Origin: Eubacteriales bacterium
GTDB lineage: Bacteria > Bacillota > Clostridia > Oscillospirales > CAG-382
Length of the DNA: 64,000 bases
Assembly: GCA_045595785.1 (NCBI GenBank)
Contig: JAZOBE010000043.1
Location: forward strand, 15,810 to 79,809
Reading direction: 5' to 3'
Below are positions 18,579-27,445 of this stretch, piece after piece. Positions within the stretch are counted from its first letter, which is position 1; every line of letters starts with the position of its first letter. A program made the translations under genes and the position numbers. The notes beneath the pieces are model-generated. The model had not been told where the DNA came from. It ran no database searches and was given only the letters and a program-made list of their open reading frames with translations.

Positions 18579-18914
18579 TCATCCCACCGAAGTGTCAGTG
18601 TCAGTACCAGCGTTTTCAGTATTCTCATCGTCCTTACCCTTAATCTGCTTGTAAATATTATTGGTATAAACGCTGGCGGCGGCGCACAGCATACCTTGTG
18701 TAATGCTTGCAAATATCATATTCAGTACGCTCTGCGCCCCGTTCACCGTGTTGTTGGCAAATATCCAGAGTCCTGCCAGAGTAATACCCACTGCTCCAAG
18801 AATAAGAGGTATCTTCCAGTCGCTTATGCGGCTGTTTTTAATTGCAATACCTAATATGTAAAGTATGGGTATCAGAACGTAAAGCTCACCGGATATATAT
18901 TCTGTGAATTCCAA
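18579..18914 (-). CDS. phage holin-family protein
   Basis: 111 aa with three hydrophobic segments and a charged acidic C-terminus. It sits at the distal end of the phage cluster and resembles LL-H/phage_holin_5-type holins as I remember them. Confidence 0.65.
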   Translation of the reverse strand: MEFTEYISGELYVLIPILYILGIAIKNSRISDWKIPLILGAVGITLAGLWIFANNTVNGAQSVLNMIFASITQGMLCAAASVYTNNIYKQIKGKDDENTENAGTDTDTSVG

Positions 18915-20116
18915 TTTCTTTCTCCTCTCAGATTATTTGTGTTTATAAGATTACCGCCCAGATTAACGGCGTTTGTTTTGTTTTTACGCGCATCCACGTT
19001 GCGGAGATAGTCTCTTACCTCGTAATCGGAAAGATCCAGCAATCCGCACGCGGTATAAAACTCGTTTATATCCGCACATCTGGTATAAATATAGTCAAGT
19101 CTTGCTAATTTAGCGCGCTTCTCCGCGTAGTTTTTACGGTCATCGTAGTCGTTGAACAGCATCTGCGCCAGCTTCTCAGCCATATTGTACTCAATTTCGT
19201 ATTCGTCTGCCGAATTGCTTACAATAGTGGCAATTCCGATAGCGCTTTCGTCCATAGGCGTGTATCCCAAGGCATCAAGCACAAACAGCACCTTGTCCAT
19301 ATATTCATCGGTAAAGGTGTATCGTTGCTTTAGTCCGTTAAGATATTTGCTTATATTAATGTTTGCCTCGGCGGTGGTTACCGTGTCAGAGGTGCCGTAT
19401 CTTTTTGCAATGGCGTTTGCAAGCTGATACGCCGTCATAGACGGTTCAAAACTTGTGCTTTCCTCTGTTTTTGTGTCCTCCTTGTCTTCTTCGGCATCCT
19501 TGTCGGAAGTGTTTCCCGTTGAAGGCTTTTTGTCTGTGCTTCCGGATGATGAGCCGGAATTATTATTTCCGCCGCCGTGGCTTCCGCCGTTGACTGCAGG
19601 AGGAGGCGTTTCGGTTACTTTATCCTCCTCGGGCGTTGGGTCTCCCACCACTACGTCGCCGTATTTTATCTTGTCCTCCGTCACCTTAATAGCTGTGTCG
19701 GTAAGCTCCTTTTGGTTTTCAAGCAGCTTTTCAGCATAGTCAAGGTCAAGGGAAGCCATATAACTGTTTTTGTCATTTTCCAGCTTTGCAAGATTTTCCG
19801 CGTGGCCGCTTGCAAGTGAGGATAGCGTGTTTTTGTATATCATATCCGAATTAAGCTTAGCCTGCGCGCTTTCACCGGAAAACGCAAGTCCTCGGGACGC
19901 AAGAAATTCTCCCGTGTTCTTTTCATCCAGCTTTTGCTGTGCGGAAGCCGCGTTTTTGCTTTTTTCGTAATCGCTGTTAAGCTTTTCCACCGAGTTACTG
20001 TATGACTTTTCATAGTTTTCTTTTGCCTTGTTATACAAGTCTGTAAGTGCCTTTGTGTTGTCAGAATACTTTTCAAGCTCTTTTCTGGTCTGTTCAATAA
20101 CAGAATCGTATGTCAT
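18872..20116 (-). CDS. phage-cluster protein, coiled-coil N-terminus plus G/S/N-rich low-complexity linker (function unknown)
   Basis: 414 aa. A 4-nt overlap couples it to the upstream gene, and its 3' end overlaps the holin start by 43 nt. Confidence 0.55.
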   Translation of the reverse strand: MTYDSVIEQTRKELEKYSDNTKALTDLYNKAKENYEKSYSNSVEKLNSDYEKSKNAASAQQKLDEKNTGEFLASRGLAFSGESAQAKLNSDMIYKNTLSSLASGHAENLAKLENDKNSYMASLDLDYAEKLLENQKELTDTAIKVTEDKIKYGDVVVGDPTPEEDKVTETPPPAVNGGSHGGGNNNSGSSSGSTDKKPSTGNTSDKDAEEDKEDTKTEESTSFEPSMTAYQLANAIAKRYGTSDTVTTAEANINISKYLNGLKQRYTFTDEYMDKVLFVLDALGYTPMDESAIGIATIVSNSADEYEIEYNMAEKLAQMLFNDYDDRKNYAEKRAKLARLDYIYTRCADINEFYTACGLLDLSDYEVRDYLRNVDARKNKTNAVNLGGNLINTNNLRGERNWNSQNIYPVSFTF

Positions 20117-21840
20117 CTTTCCACCTCCTTACTGTTGGTCTTAAAGGTTACCGATCTTATATGGGCGCCTCTGCTTCCGTGTGAGGAGGACAGGGTTACT
20201 GCCGCCCCGTAAGCGCGTTTTATCTCGGTTCTGAATTTATAGCTTTTTGTAATATCGCTTCCGTTCTTGTCAACGGAAACTGTCTGTGAATTCATAAGCT
20301 GTCCTGCCTCCGTTGGTGCGGCGGTTACAGTAATATCCGTTCCTCCGCTATTGTCCGCTTCCACAATTACCGCCGTAAGATCAAACCTTTTTCCGTTTGC
20401 TCCGAACTTTCCCGCAGGTGTGCACCAATATGCGTTTATTGCACCCTTTTGGTCGTTTTTCAGGTCATCGGAAAAATAGTATAATTCTCCGCTTTCGTTC
20501 AGCCAATACAACTTTCCGGGTATTTCGCAAAACTGAACAGCGTTGATTGCGTCATATTTATACCAGACATCAGTTGCGTAATTATATATAAACAACCCGT
20601 AAGGGGTAGAAAAATATAATTCGTTCTCGGTCTGTCTGTCGTAAATACAGCATCTGTCCGTATACCCGTTTTTAATTATACGCTTTACCGTTTCACCAAT
20701 AGGCTTTGAAAAACACTCTGCGTTTCTTTCGTCCTGCACCGATGTCGATACCCATCGGTTCAAGCCGTCATCGGATAATGTTACGGGGGTGTTGTCTATC
20801 ACCGCGTTGCTTCTCTTAAGAAGATTTCCCTTTTCGAAATTAAGATTATAGACGGGGAATGAGGGATAGTAGTTACCCAAAGCGTCAGTTCTCAGCTCAC
20901 AGTAAGAATAATATGCTCTGTCCTCAGTGAAAATGAGCTGTCTGTCATAATGCTGTACCATATCGGTTATGTTGGAATGACCTATTATCGTGTAGTTGGT
21001 TTCGGGAAAGTATTCTGCGCTGGGAAGTCCGTTTGCAAGCTCGGAATAAAAACGATAATTGGGATAATTGGGGTTTCCGTATAAAAACACCCTTGTATCC
21101 GTGTTACCGCCGAAATTCATGCTGCCCGTACAGTCAACTATTAGCCTTTCTTTGTCGGCACGTCCCTTGGACCAGCATATCTCAACGTTGTTTGTTCCTG
21201 CAGGTGGAATTTCCACCGAAGAAAAGCTTAACGTTCCCGCTTCTTCGTTTACATCCCAGTTTTCCCGTTCTTCTCCGTTTACCTTTACCCATTCAATACC
21301 ATCAATATTCTGTTCTGCCAGAGTAAAGGTTCTGGAGTTGCCGTCTGCCGAAAACTGCTGTCTTCGTTTTGCCGTAAGCATATTCAGCTTTTCATACAGC
21401 GTTCCGCTTCCGTCAGGCAGAGTAGATACCGCAATAAGGGGAACATACGGCTCAAGTAAATCAAAAACTCCGTTTTCATACTTGCAAATACCAACGTCAC
21501 ACAGAAAATATACGGCGTTACCAAAGCTGAAAATATGGTGGCAGCCGCCTGCGGTAATGCTTATGGTGTCAAACTGTTGGGTGCCGAAGTTATATTTATA
21601 TATGCGCTGTCCGGCACAGACGATAAAAGTAAGCACACCGCTTATATAGCCGCGCCACATTCGGTAAACACTTCCGTTGAATCCGCAGTTTGACATTCTG
21701 CTTCCCGGACGTTTTTTAAGCGAACCGTTTTCGCACACCTTGAAATTACACATATCCGGTGAGAGAGCAGGGGAGTCCGAAAAAACGTTTCTTTCGTCCA
21801 GCCCGCCAAATCTGTTGATTTTCAAATATCTGTTGGACAT
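20113..21840 (-). CDS. large phage structural protein (possible tail/nozzle-type beta-rich protein)
   Basis: 575 aa and beta-strand-rich. It is located after the head genes. There is no motif-level assignment. Confidence 0.45.
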   Translation of the reverse strand: MSNRYLKINRFGGLDERNVFSDSPALSPDMCNFKVCENGSLKKRPGSRMSNCGFNGSVYRMWRGYISGVLTFIVCAGQRIYKYNFGTQQFDTISITAGGCHHIFSFGNAVYFLCDVGICKYENGVFDLLEPYVPLIAVSTLPDGSGTLYEKLNMLTAKRRQQFSADGNSRTFTLAEQNIDGIEWVKVNGEERENWDVNEEAGTLSFSSVEIPPAGTNNVEICWSKGRADKERLIVDCTGSMNFGGNTDTRVFLYGNPNYPNYRFYSELANGLPSAEYFPETNYTIIGHSNITDMVQHYDRQLIFTEDRAYYSYCELRTDALGNYYPSFPVYNLNFEKGNLLKRSNAVIDNTPVTLSDDGLNRWVSTSVQDERNAECFSKPIGETVKRIIKNGYTDRCCIYDRQTENELYFSTPYGLFIYNYATDVWYKYDAINAVQFCEIPGKLYWLNESGELYYFSDDLKNDQKGAINAYWCTPAGKFGANGKRFDLTAVIVEADNSGGTDITVTAAPTEAGQLMNSQTVSVDKNGSDITKSYKFRTEIKRAYGAAVTLSSSHGSRGAHIRSVTFKTNSKEVER

Positions 21841-22220
21841 CAGTTCACCTCGGTAATAGAATGAAGACGTGCTCGGGAATATCTTTGAGCGCTTCTGTAT
21901 GCGTAACGGTACTTTTCCTCAAGCTTTGCGGAAAGAGCGGGGTCTTCGTCTGCCGAAAGGTTTGCCGCAACCCCGTAGGGAATAACCGATAACAGCAAAC
22001 CTTCATCATAATCCACTGTATCGTTAAGACTTGTTATAACGGGAATATGTTTTTCTCTGTTGCAAAGTCTGCAGTTAAGAGGTGTACATTCGGCAAGACA
22101 GATGTTTATAATATTTATTGCTCTTGCCTCCATATCCGCACAGCTTGCAGGCAGTACCCCGTTGCTTCCACGGATATTCATCAGGTCCAGAGCGATATTC
22201 AATATGCTTTTTCCTGTCAT
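21840..22220 (-). CDS. small phage structural protein (possible head-tail adaptor by position)
   Basis: 126 aa, lying between the capsid gene and the large structural gene. The call is by position only. Confidence 0.4.
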   Translation of the reverse strand: MTGKSILNIALDLMNIRGSNGVLPASCADMEARAINIINICLAECTPLNCRLCNREKHIPVITSLNDTVDYDEGLLLSVIPYGVAANLSADEDPALSAKLEEKYRYAYRSAQRYSRARLHSITEVN

Positions 22221-22285
22221 TATAATACCTCGCTTAAAATGCGTTGCCGTATCGATAATGATACGGCAACTAGTTTATTCTGTTT

Positions 22286-23116
22286 TTATGCTATTGCGTT
22301 ACCGCCGTCGGTTACCGCAACGCTTACCAGCTCTTCGGGCTTGATAACCTTTGCACCGTATACGATTCTGCCGCGTACTGCGGAATCAAAGGAATTTTCA
22401 AGTCTGTCGATATACTGAACGTCGAGAAGCTGTTCAGCGTATGCAATTGCGTTGTAGGAGCCTGCCATCATATGAACGGAGCCGTCGTCCTCGGTTGCAA
22501 GCTGGTTGGATACAAAGATATCGCATCCCAATTCATCGGTAAATCCGATAGTGCCGCTTCCGTTAACTCCGTTGTTGATCTGGAATTTGATTCCCGCCAG
22601 CATAAGCTTGGTCTTAACGAAGGGAGGAACAACGATCCAGGTTCTGCCGTCCTGAACGTTAGCCTTTTCCAGAGTCTCCTTTACTTCGCCGATAAGCTGA
22701 AGCACGTTTGCGGGAGTTACGGTAGTGGCATCCATAGTGGTGCCTGCCTTTCTGTGCAGGCTGAATACGTAGGTATCCACTTCCTTTTTAAGGTTGTAGG
22801 ATGCGCGCTTTGCCTGAGAATCCTTAAGACCGAGAGAGCTTCTCAACGCCTCAAGGTCAGCTACCTTAAAGGAAAACGCCTTGTCCTGGTCAATGCTGAG
22901 AATAACGGCAGAGTCGTCGATCTCCTCGTAATTAACGGTACCCTCGTAATCATATACGGTGGGATCGTTAAGACCTACGAAGGTAACGCTGTCACCGCGG
23001 TTCTTGATATCACCTACGAAAGAGGTGTTGCAGATCTTGTTTGCCAGAAGATTATCTTCGTTGGTACGGAGTATCTCGGCGGAAATTACTTTTTCAATGC
23101 TGTTGTAGTTAGACAT
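22286..23116 (-). CDS. putative major capsid protein
   Basis: 276 aa, immediately after the scaffold-like gene and preceded by an SD. The codon usage looks like that of a highly expressed gene. The order portal-scaffold-capsid supports the call. Confidence 0.6.
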   Translation of the reverse strand: MSNYNSIEKVISAEILRTNEDNLLANKICNTSFVGDIKNRGDSVTFVGLNDPTVYDYEGTVNYEEIDDSAVILSIDQDKAFSFKVADLEALRSSLGLKDSQAKRASYNLKKEVDTYVFSLHRKAGTTMDATTVTPANVLQLIGEVKETLEKANVQDGRTWIVVPPFVKTKLMLAGIKFQINNGVNGSGTIGFTDELGCDIFVSNQLATEDDGSVHMMAGSYNAIAYAEQLLDVQYIDRLENSFDSAVRGRIVYGAKVIKPEELVSVAVTDGGNAIA

Positions 23117-23137
23117 GTTTTTTACTCTCCTGTTTTG

Positions 23138-23575
23138 TTAGATTTTCCAGTTCTTAATGGAACGGATAATGTTTTTGAAGTTTTTCTTTACGTTTTCATC
23201 GGACATACTCTCCACCTGCTCGGGAGTAAAGGATTGCTCCGCGTCCGCTTCTTTTCCTGCAGGTGCGCTTCTGCGCATGTTTTCGGTGTTTACCTCTTCT
23301 GCCTTCTTGTTTTTTGCGTCGGCACCGCAGAGATATACTGCGTATGCGGCGGTAAGGGAAACGCCATCTGCCACCTTTTCCCAAACCTCATCGGGAATAT
23401 CAGCAGGAAGCACATCGGGGAACAGCTTTTTGAATTCCTCAACGTCCTTGCTTATTTTGTCCTGCTGCTTTTTGCTTTTTCTTTCGGTCTTAACTGCGGA
23501 AAGCAATTCCTCGGCGGTAGTTCCGTCTTCCTTTGCCATTTCCGCAATTATTTCAAGAATATCCTGTTCTTTCAT
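23138..23575 (-). CDS. putative scaffolding protein
   Basis: 145 aa, highly charged and helical (E/K-rich). An ATGA overlap couples it to the portal gene. Confidence 0.55.
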   Translation of the reverse strand: MKEQDILEIIAEMAKEDGTTAEELLSAVKTERKSKKQQDKISKDVEEFKKLFPDVLPADIPDEVWEKVADGVSLTAAYAVYLCGADAKNKKAEEVNTENMRRSAPAGKEADAEQSFTPEQVESMSDENVKKNFKNIIRSIKNWKI

Positions 23576-25110
23576 TTTACCTCCGTTTGAATTTGAATAC
23601 TGTCCATAAGCTCCTTTTTCATGGGAATAATGTTGTCGGGCAGTCTTTCAAGATATTGTTTAATATTAATAAGTCCCATCTTAAGCAGATTATCAAGGGT
23701 ATTGACGGCGGTTATCTCAGACCACCATCCGCTTTCGCCTACCTCGATACTGCACTCAAACAGCGCTTCTCTGTAGTCGGAAAAGGGGAACGATGTAAAC
23801 TCGTTCATTCCGCCGGAAATAGGCAGTAAGCGGTTGTCATCGTAGTAAGCGAACATAAAGTTCAGCCATATAAGACCAATATCCTCTACAAAGCCGTAAA
23901 GCGCACGCTTTACGTTTTCAAGAGGCTGTGCAGATGCCCTCTGTAATGCAAGTATTGCAGAGGTATTGTTTGCTTTTTCGCTTCCCAAGGCTGAATCTGT
24001 CGCACCCAGAAAATCCTTGGTGTGTGCTATCGCCATATTAATGACGTCCAGCATACCGCTTTGCATACTTCCGCCGTTAAGGACTGCAGCAACGCTGTCA
24101 ACGGGACCGTTTACCGCTACTGCCTCGCCCACCTTGTTGGACCAATCCTCAATTACCGTGGAGTCGTATACTACCTTGGAAAAGGCGGTGTCCATCATAT
24201 GCTTCATAACCATAGCGTAGCCCTTGTTTATGAATATCTGGTTGTCCACCAGTCCTGTGCCGGCGGCTTTTCCGTGCCAGGAATTCTTTACTCTCGTCCA
24301 GCTGAAATACGCCAGCGGATATAACATAAGACCGGTGTCGATATCTTCTGTAATGGCAGTATCTCGCACACTCTTTCTGTACATTATATTTCCGTTTTCA
24401 TTTTTCCACAGCTTTACAAGAGTAACGCATTTTGTGTTTTCCAATTCCTTGTTCGACATATCACCTGCAAAGCAATCGGTTTCGTTGTCGGAAACAATAA
24501 GACTTATTTTTTCCTTGGGAATTCCGTTTCTTTCCGCCTGCTTTTTAACTTCGGACACTGTTTCTCTTCCGGAAATCAGTATATAAGGCTGTGCTTGCAC
24601 GTTTGTAATATTGGGATTTCCGAAAAACACGTTTGTGTTGTCGATAAGCACCGTGCGAAAATCACCGGTATAGCTTTGTCCCGTCTTGATGGTAGGATCC
24701 CAATAGGTGTAGGCAAATGCATCGCCGGTAATGGCGGCATCATACAAAGCGTCGGAAATAAGCGAATCCATTTTCAGCTTTTCCCAACGGTGCTCCGCCG
24801 TGCGCTTTAACGTCTCATCCAGCTTATGCTGCTCCTCCGACGAAAGCATCGGGGTGGGGGATGAATATCGGTAATTCAATTTTACTGATGACGATGCGAT
24901 GTTGGAAACATAGTAATCGATTATACGCTTGTAAAAATTGAATACCGGTGTGGGCAGACCTGTAGAGCTTACACCCGTCCATTGATCTCCGCGGTAAAAC
25001 CTTTCGTTGGTATCCACCTCGTCATACAGACCAATAGAACGGTTGTACTCCTTGCCTTTTTCATAGAGTGCCCACTCCTCCGTAAAGGCTCTTTTGTTTC
25101 TCAAATTCAT
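23572..25110 (-). CDS. putative portal protein
   Basis: 512 aa, directly downstream of the large terminase gene. Size and position are typical of a portal. Confidence 0.65.
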   Translation of the reverse strand: MNLRNKRAFTEEWALYEKGKEYNRSIGLYDEVDTNERFYRGDQWTGVSSTGLPTPVFNFYKRIIDYYVSNIASSSVKLNYRYSSPTPMLSSEEQHKLDETLKRTAEHRWEKLKMDSLISDALYDAAITGDAFAYTYWDPTIKTGQSYTGDFRTVLIDNTNVFFGNPNITNVQAQPYILISGRETVSEVKKQAERNGIPKEKISLIVSDNETDCFAGDMSNKELENTKCVTLVKLWKNENGNIMYRKSVRDTAITEDIDTGLMLYPLAYFSWTRVKNSWHGKAAGTGLVDNQIFINKGYAMVMKHMMDTAFSKVVYDSTVIEDWSNKVGEAVAVNGPVDSVAAVLNGGSMQSGMLDVINMAIAHTKDFLGATDSALGSEKANNTSAILALQRASAQPLENVKRALYGFVEDIGLIWLNFMFAYYDDNRLLPISGGMNEFTSFPFSDYREALFECSIEVGESGWWSEITAVNTLDNLLKMGLINIKQYLERLPDNIIPMKKELMDSIQIQTEVK

Positions 25111-25117
25111 TTTTCTC

Positions 25118-26470
25118 CTAATCGTATTCTATTACGCCTGCATAATTATCACTTTGACGCGGGATATCAAAGGAATATATGCTTCGGCGGAATTTCGGTT
25201 TTTTGGGCATTGAATTCATAGGCTCTCTGGACATCAGCCCATACCGCAACGCTTCGGGTGCATGAGTAATATCGTGGGGATGTGAGGATGCATCCTCGCG
25301 CACCTTTTCATCAAATCGAAGAAGCGGCAGACACCGTATAAGCTCCTTGCATTGGGCAGATATTTTCAGCCTTGCGCCCTTTTCTCCGTTCCACAGATAT
25401 TCTCTTACCACACGCCAGCCTGTAATACGGCTGTTGTCGGCTTTTATAAGGCCCTTAAGTCCGTTTGATACAAGTATCTCAAATCCGCTTTTACCGCTGT
25501 CCTGACGCCTGTTCCACAGGTCGGGGGATGCCACGGTGTATCGTATTTTTTCATCCTTCGGCGTCAAAGCAATAATCTTTTTCGCCGCCTCCGAAAGTAT
25601 AAGCCCCGATTGATTGAATTCACGGTATACGGTAATATTACCTTTTCCGTCTGCTGCACACCACAAGCAGGAGGTCATATCAAGACCGTAATCCAACGCA
25701 CGGAACAGTACCGCGTTTTTGGGTATCTCGGGTTCGCGTATAACGTGGATTCTGGCATCAAACTCAGGGAAAAACGCGCCCTCAAATGCGTTCCAATCAC
25801 CGTAAAGCATTGCCCGCTTTCTCGCCTCGGGTAATGCCGCCAGCGCCGCAACGTAGTCGGGATCGTTTTCGGTAAGATACTTGTTATCAAATACCAAGCT
25901 TTGAATAAATTTGTAGTCATCGGGGTTTTCTCCATCACGGTACAGCTTGTCTATAAACAGACGCTTTACCCAGTCGTGACCCACCCCGCCGGGGTTACAG
26001 GTAAAATACATTCTCGGTCTGAACCGAGTTTTCATATTACCCGATATTCTGTTACATTCGGTAAGACATTGGAATTGAAAATAGGTGAAGTGAGTGGCTT
26101 CCTCCATACCTATTACCTCGTATGCCTGACCCTGATACTGAAGCACGTCCTGCTCTCCGTCACAGTACCCCAATTTTATTCGAGACCCGTTGGGGAACAC
26201 AAACTCCTTTTTGGTCTCACTGTAGATGGCAGCATCGGCAAGCAGCTTTTGCAGAGGAACTATATGATTATCCCGCAGTTCCCCAAGCGTTCTGCGCAAA
26301 AGCAGTATCTGTATGCCGGGGTGCTTAAGCGCCAGCAACACGAACTTGGTACGCATCGCCCAACTTTTTCCTCCGCCTCTGGCACCGCCGTAGGCAACGT
26401 ATCTGTGTTGTGAAACGAAAAACTCCTCCTGCTTTTTATTGGGGCAAAGCTTTACCGTCAGTCGCCCCAT
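25118..26470 (-). CDS. phage terminase large subunit
   Basis: Walker A-like GGARGGGKS, Walker B-like VIGMEEAT, and C-terminal nuclease-domain acidic motifs (ALDYGLD, HDITHAPEALRYG). Confidence 0.85.
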   Translation of the reverse strand: MGRLTVKLCPNKKQEEFFVSQHRYVAYGGARGGGKSWAMRTKFVLLALKHPGIQILLLRRTLGELRDNHIVPLQKLLADAAIYSETKKEFVFPNGSRIKLGYCDGEQDVLQYQGQAYEVIGMEEATHFTYFQFQCLTECNRISGNMKTRFRPRMYFTCNPGGVGHDWVKRLFIDKLYRDGENPDDYKFIQSLVFDNKYLTENDPDYVAALAALPEARKRAMLYGDWNAFEGAFFPEFDARIHVIREPEIPKNAVLFRALDYGLDMTSCLWCAADGKGNITVYREFNQSGLILSEAAKKIIALTPKDEKIRYTVASPDLWNRRQDSGKSGFEILVSNGLKGLIKADNSRITGWRVVREYLWNGEKGARLKISAQCKELIRCLPLLRFDEKVREDASSHPHDITHAPEALRYGLMSREPMNSMPKKPKFRRSIYSFDIPRQSDNYAGVIEYD

Positions 26471-26868
26471 TTTCCCGCTTCTCCTTTAAGTATTACCGTG
26501 CTCTTTTCCGGATTGTCGCAGTTTTCCGGCTTGTCCTTGTATGAATGGTTGTTTTTCATGTCAAATGCAAAAACAGCCGCCGGGATCTTCCCCTTGAAAG
26601 CAAGCTGTTTTTTAATAAAGGCTATTCTGTTCATTGCCTGCGTAACTGCAAGCGAGTATTTTTTGTCTGACATCATTTCAAAAATGTCGGTTCTGGTGCA
26701 GTGGAGATAATCAGCCAACGCCTCTACATCCGCCACCTCATCTGTGTGAGCAGGCAGATGTTCGCAAAAATAACTGTTTATCTTTTCCGCACACTCTTCA
26801 GGGCATGAAAAAACCGCCTTGTAGGGCGGTTTGCGATTGTTCGGTTTTGGTTGACTCTGTAAAGTCAT
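26458..26868 (-). CDS. putative terminase small subunit
   Basis: Start taken at MTLQSQ (SD AAGGAGA). It overlaps TerL. The C-terminal pattern AAVFAFDMKNNHSYKDK resembles the Terminase_2 tail as I remember it. Confidence 0.55.
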   Translation of the reverse strand: MTLQSQPKPNNRKPPYKAVFSCPEECAEKINSYFCEHLPAHTDEVADVEALADYLHCTRTDIFEMMSDKKYSLAVTQAMNRIAFIKKQLAFKGKIPAAVFAFDMKNNHSYKDKPENCDNPEKSTVILKGEAGKWGD

Positions 26869-27293
26869 TTTTTCTCCTTGCTGGTGAAAATGTAGATCTT
26901 GCTTGCGACATAATTTATTATAAGGCACAGCACCGATGATATTACGGTAGCTATCATCGAAGAGAAGGGCAGGAAGGAGAGCAGCGTGGGAAGAAACAGC
27001 ATGAACACCATATCCAAAAGCATTACGGCTATTCGTGTAACAAAAAACAGTATGCTTTCCTTGGTTACCGCAGATGCGGTCTTGTTCTTGCTGTCAAACA
27101 CCCATATTCGGTTGGGAATATATGCAAATGCAATTCCCGCAATATTTTTAATTATTGTAGACACGGTATCGTTCAACTTTAACGGATAAAATGCTATCCA
27201 GAAGGCTATAAAGGATACAACCGTGGTCAACGCGCCTACTATAAGATATTTGCCCTTTTCGGTGCAAAACAGCATGTTTATAAGTTTCTTCAT
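26865..27293 (-). CDS. GtrA-family small membrane protein
   Basis: Start taken at MKKLINM (SD GGAGA). There are four hydrophobic segments, and NRIWVF is typical of GtrA-like proteins. The stop overlaps the TerS start (ATGA). Confidence 0.55.
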   Translation of the reverse strand: MKKLINMLFCTEKGKYLIVGALTTVVSFIAFWIAFYPLKLNDTVSTIIKNIAGIAFAYIPNRIWVFDSKNKTASAVTKESILFFVTRIAVMLLDMVFMLFLPTLLSFLPFSSMIATVISSVLCLIINYVASKIYIFTSKEKK

Positions 27294-27445
27294 TTGCTTC
27301 TCCGCCCATTGACGGTGCAGGTGAGGTCTCTGTCTCACGTAAACCATTATAGCACCGTTCTTATCAAATTTCATCTCAACTTTGTTGCAATTTTTTATTG
27401 CATACTGCACAAAAACAAACTATGCCGTTTGTCTATATTGCTGTT

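Larger units (their letters stand above)
18213..27293 (-). mobile_element. phage-derived packaging/head/structural/holin gene cluster (incomplete prophage or domesticated element)
   Basis: Eleven co-directional, overlapping or closely spaced genes with recognisable TerS, TerL and holin, and with portal, scaffold and capsid at the expected order and sizes. No integrase, replication, repressor or endolysin gene was seen. Confidence 0.65.

Noticed and set aside
27294-27410. The N-terminal extension of the GtrA-like ORF (track ORF start at 27410) and the track's long N-terminal extensions of the hemW, lipid kinase, MORN, GNAT, GrpB and integrase ORFs.
   Set aside because: Internal ATG codons with properly spaced SD sequences give N-termini that match the expected family starts. 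The upstream extensions lack an SD and overlap terminators or neighbouring genes.
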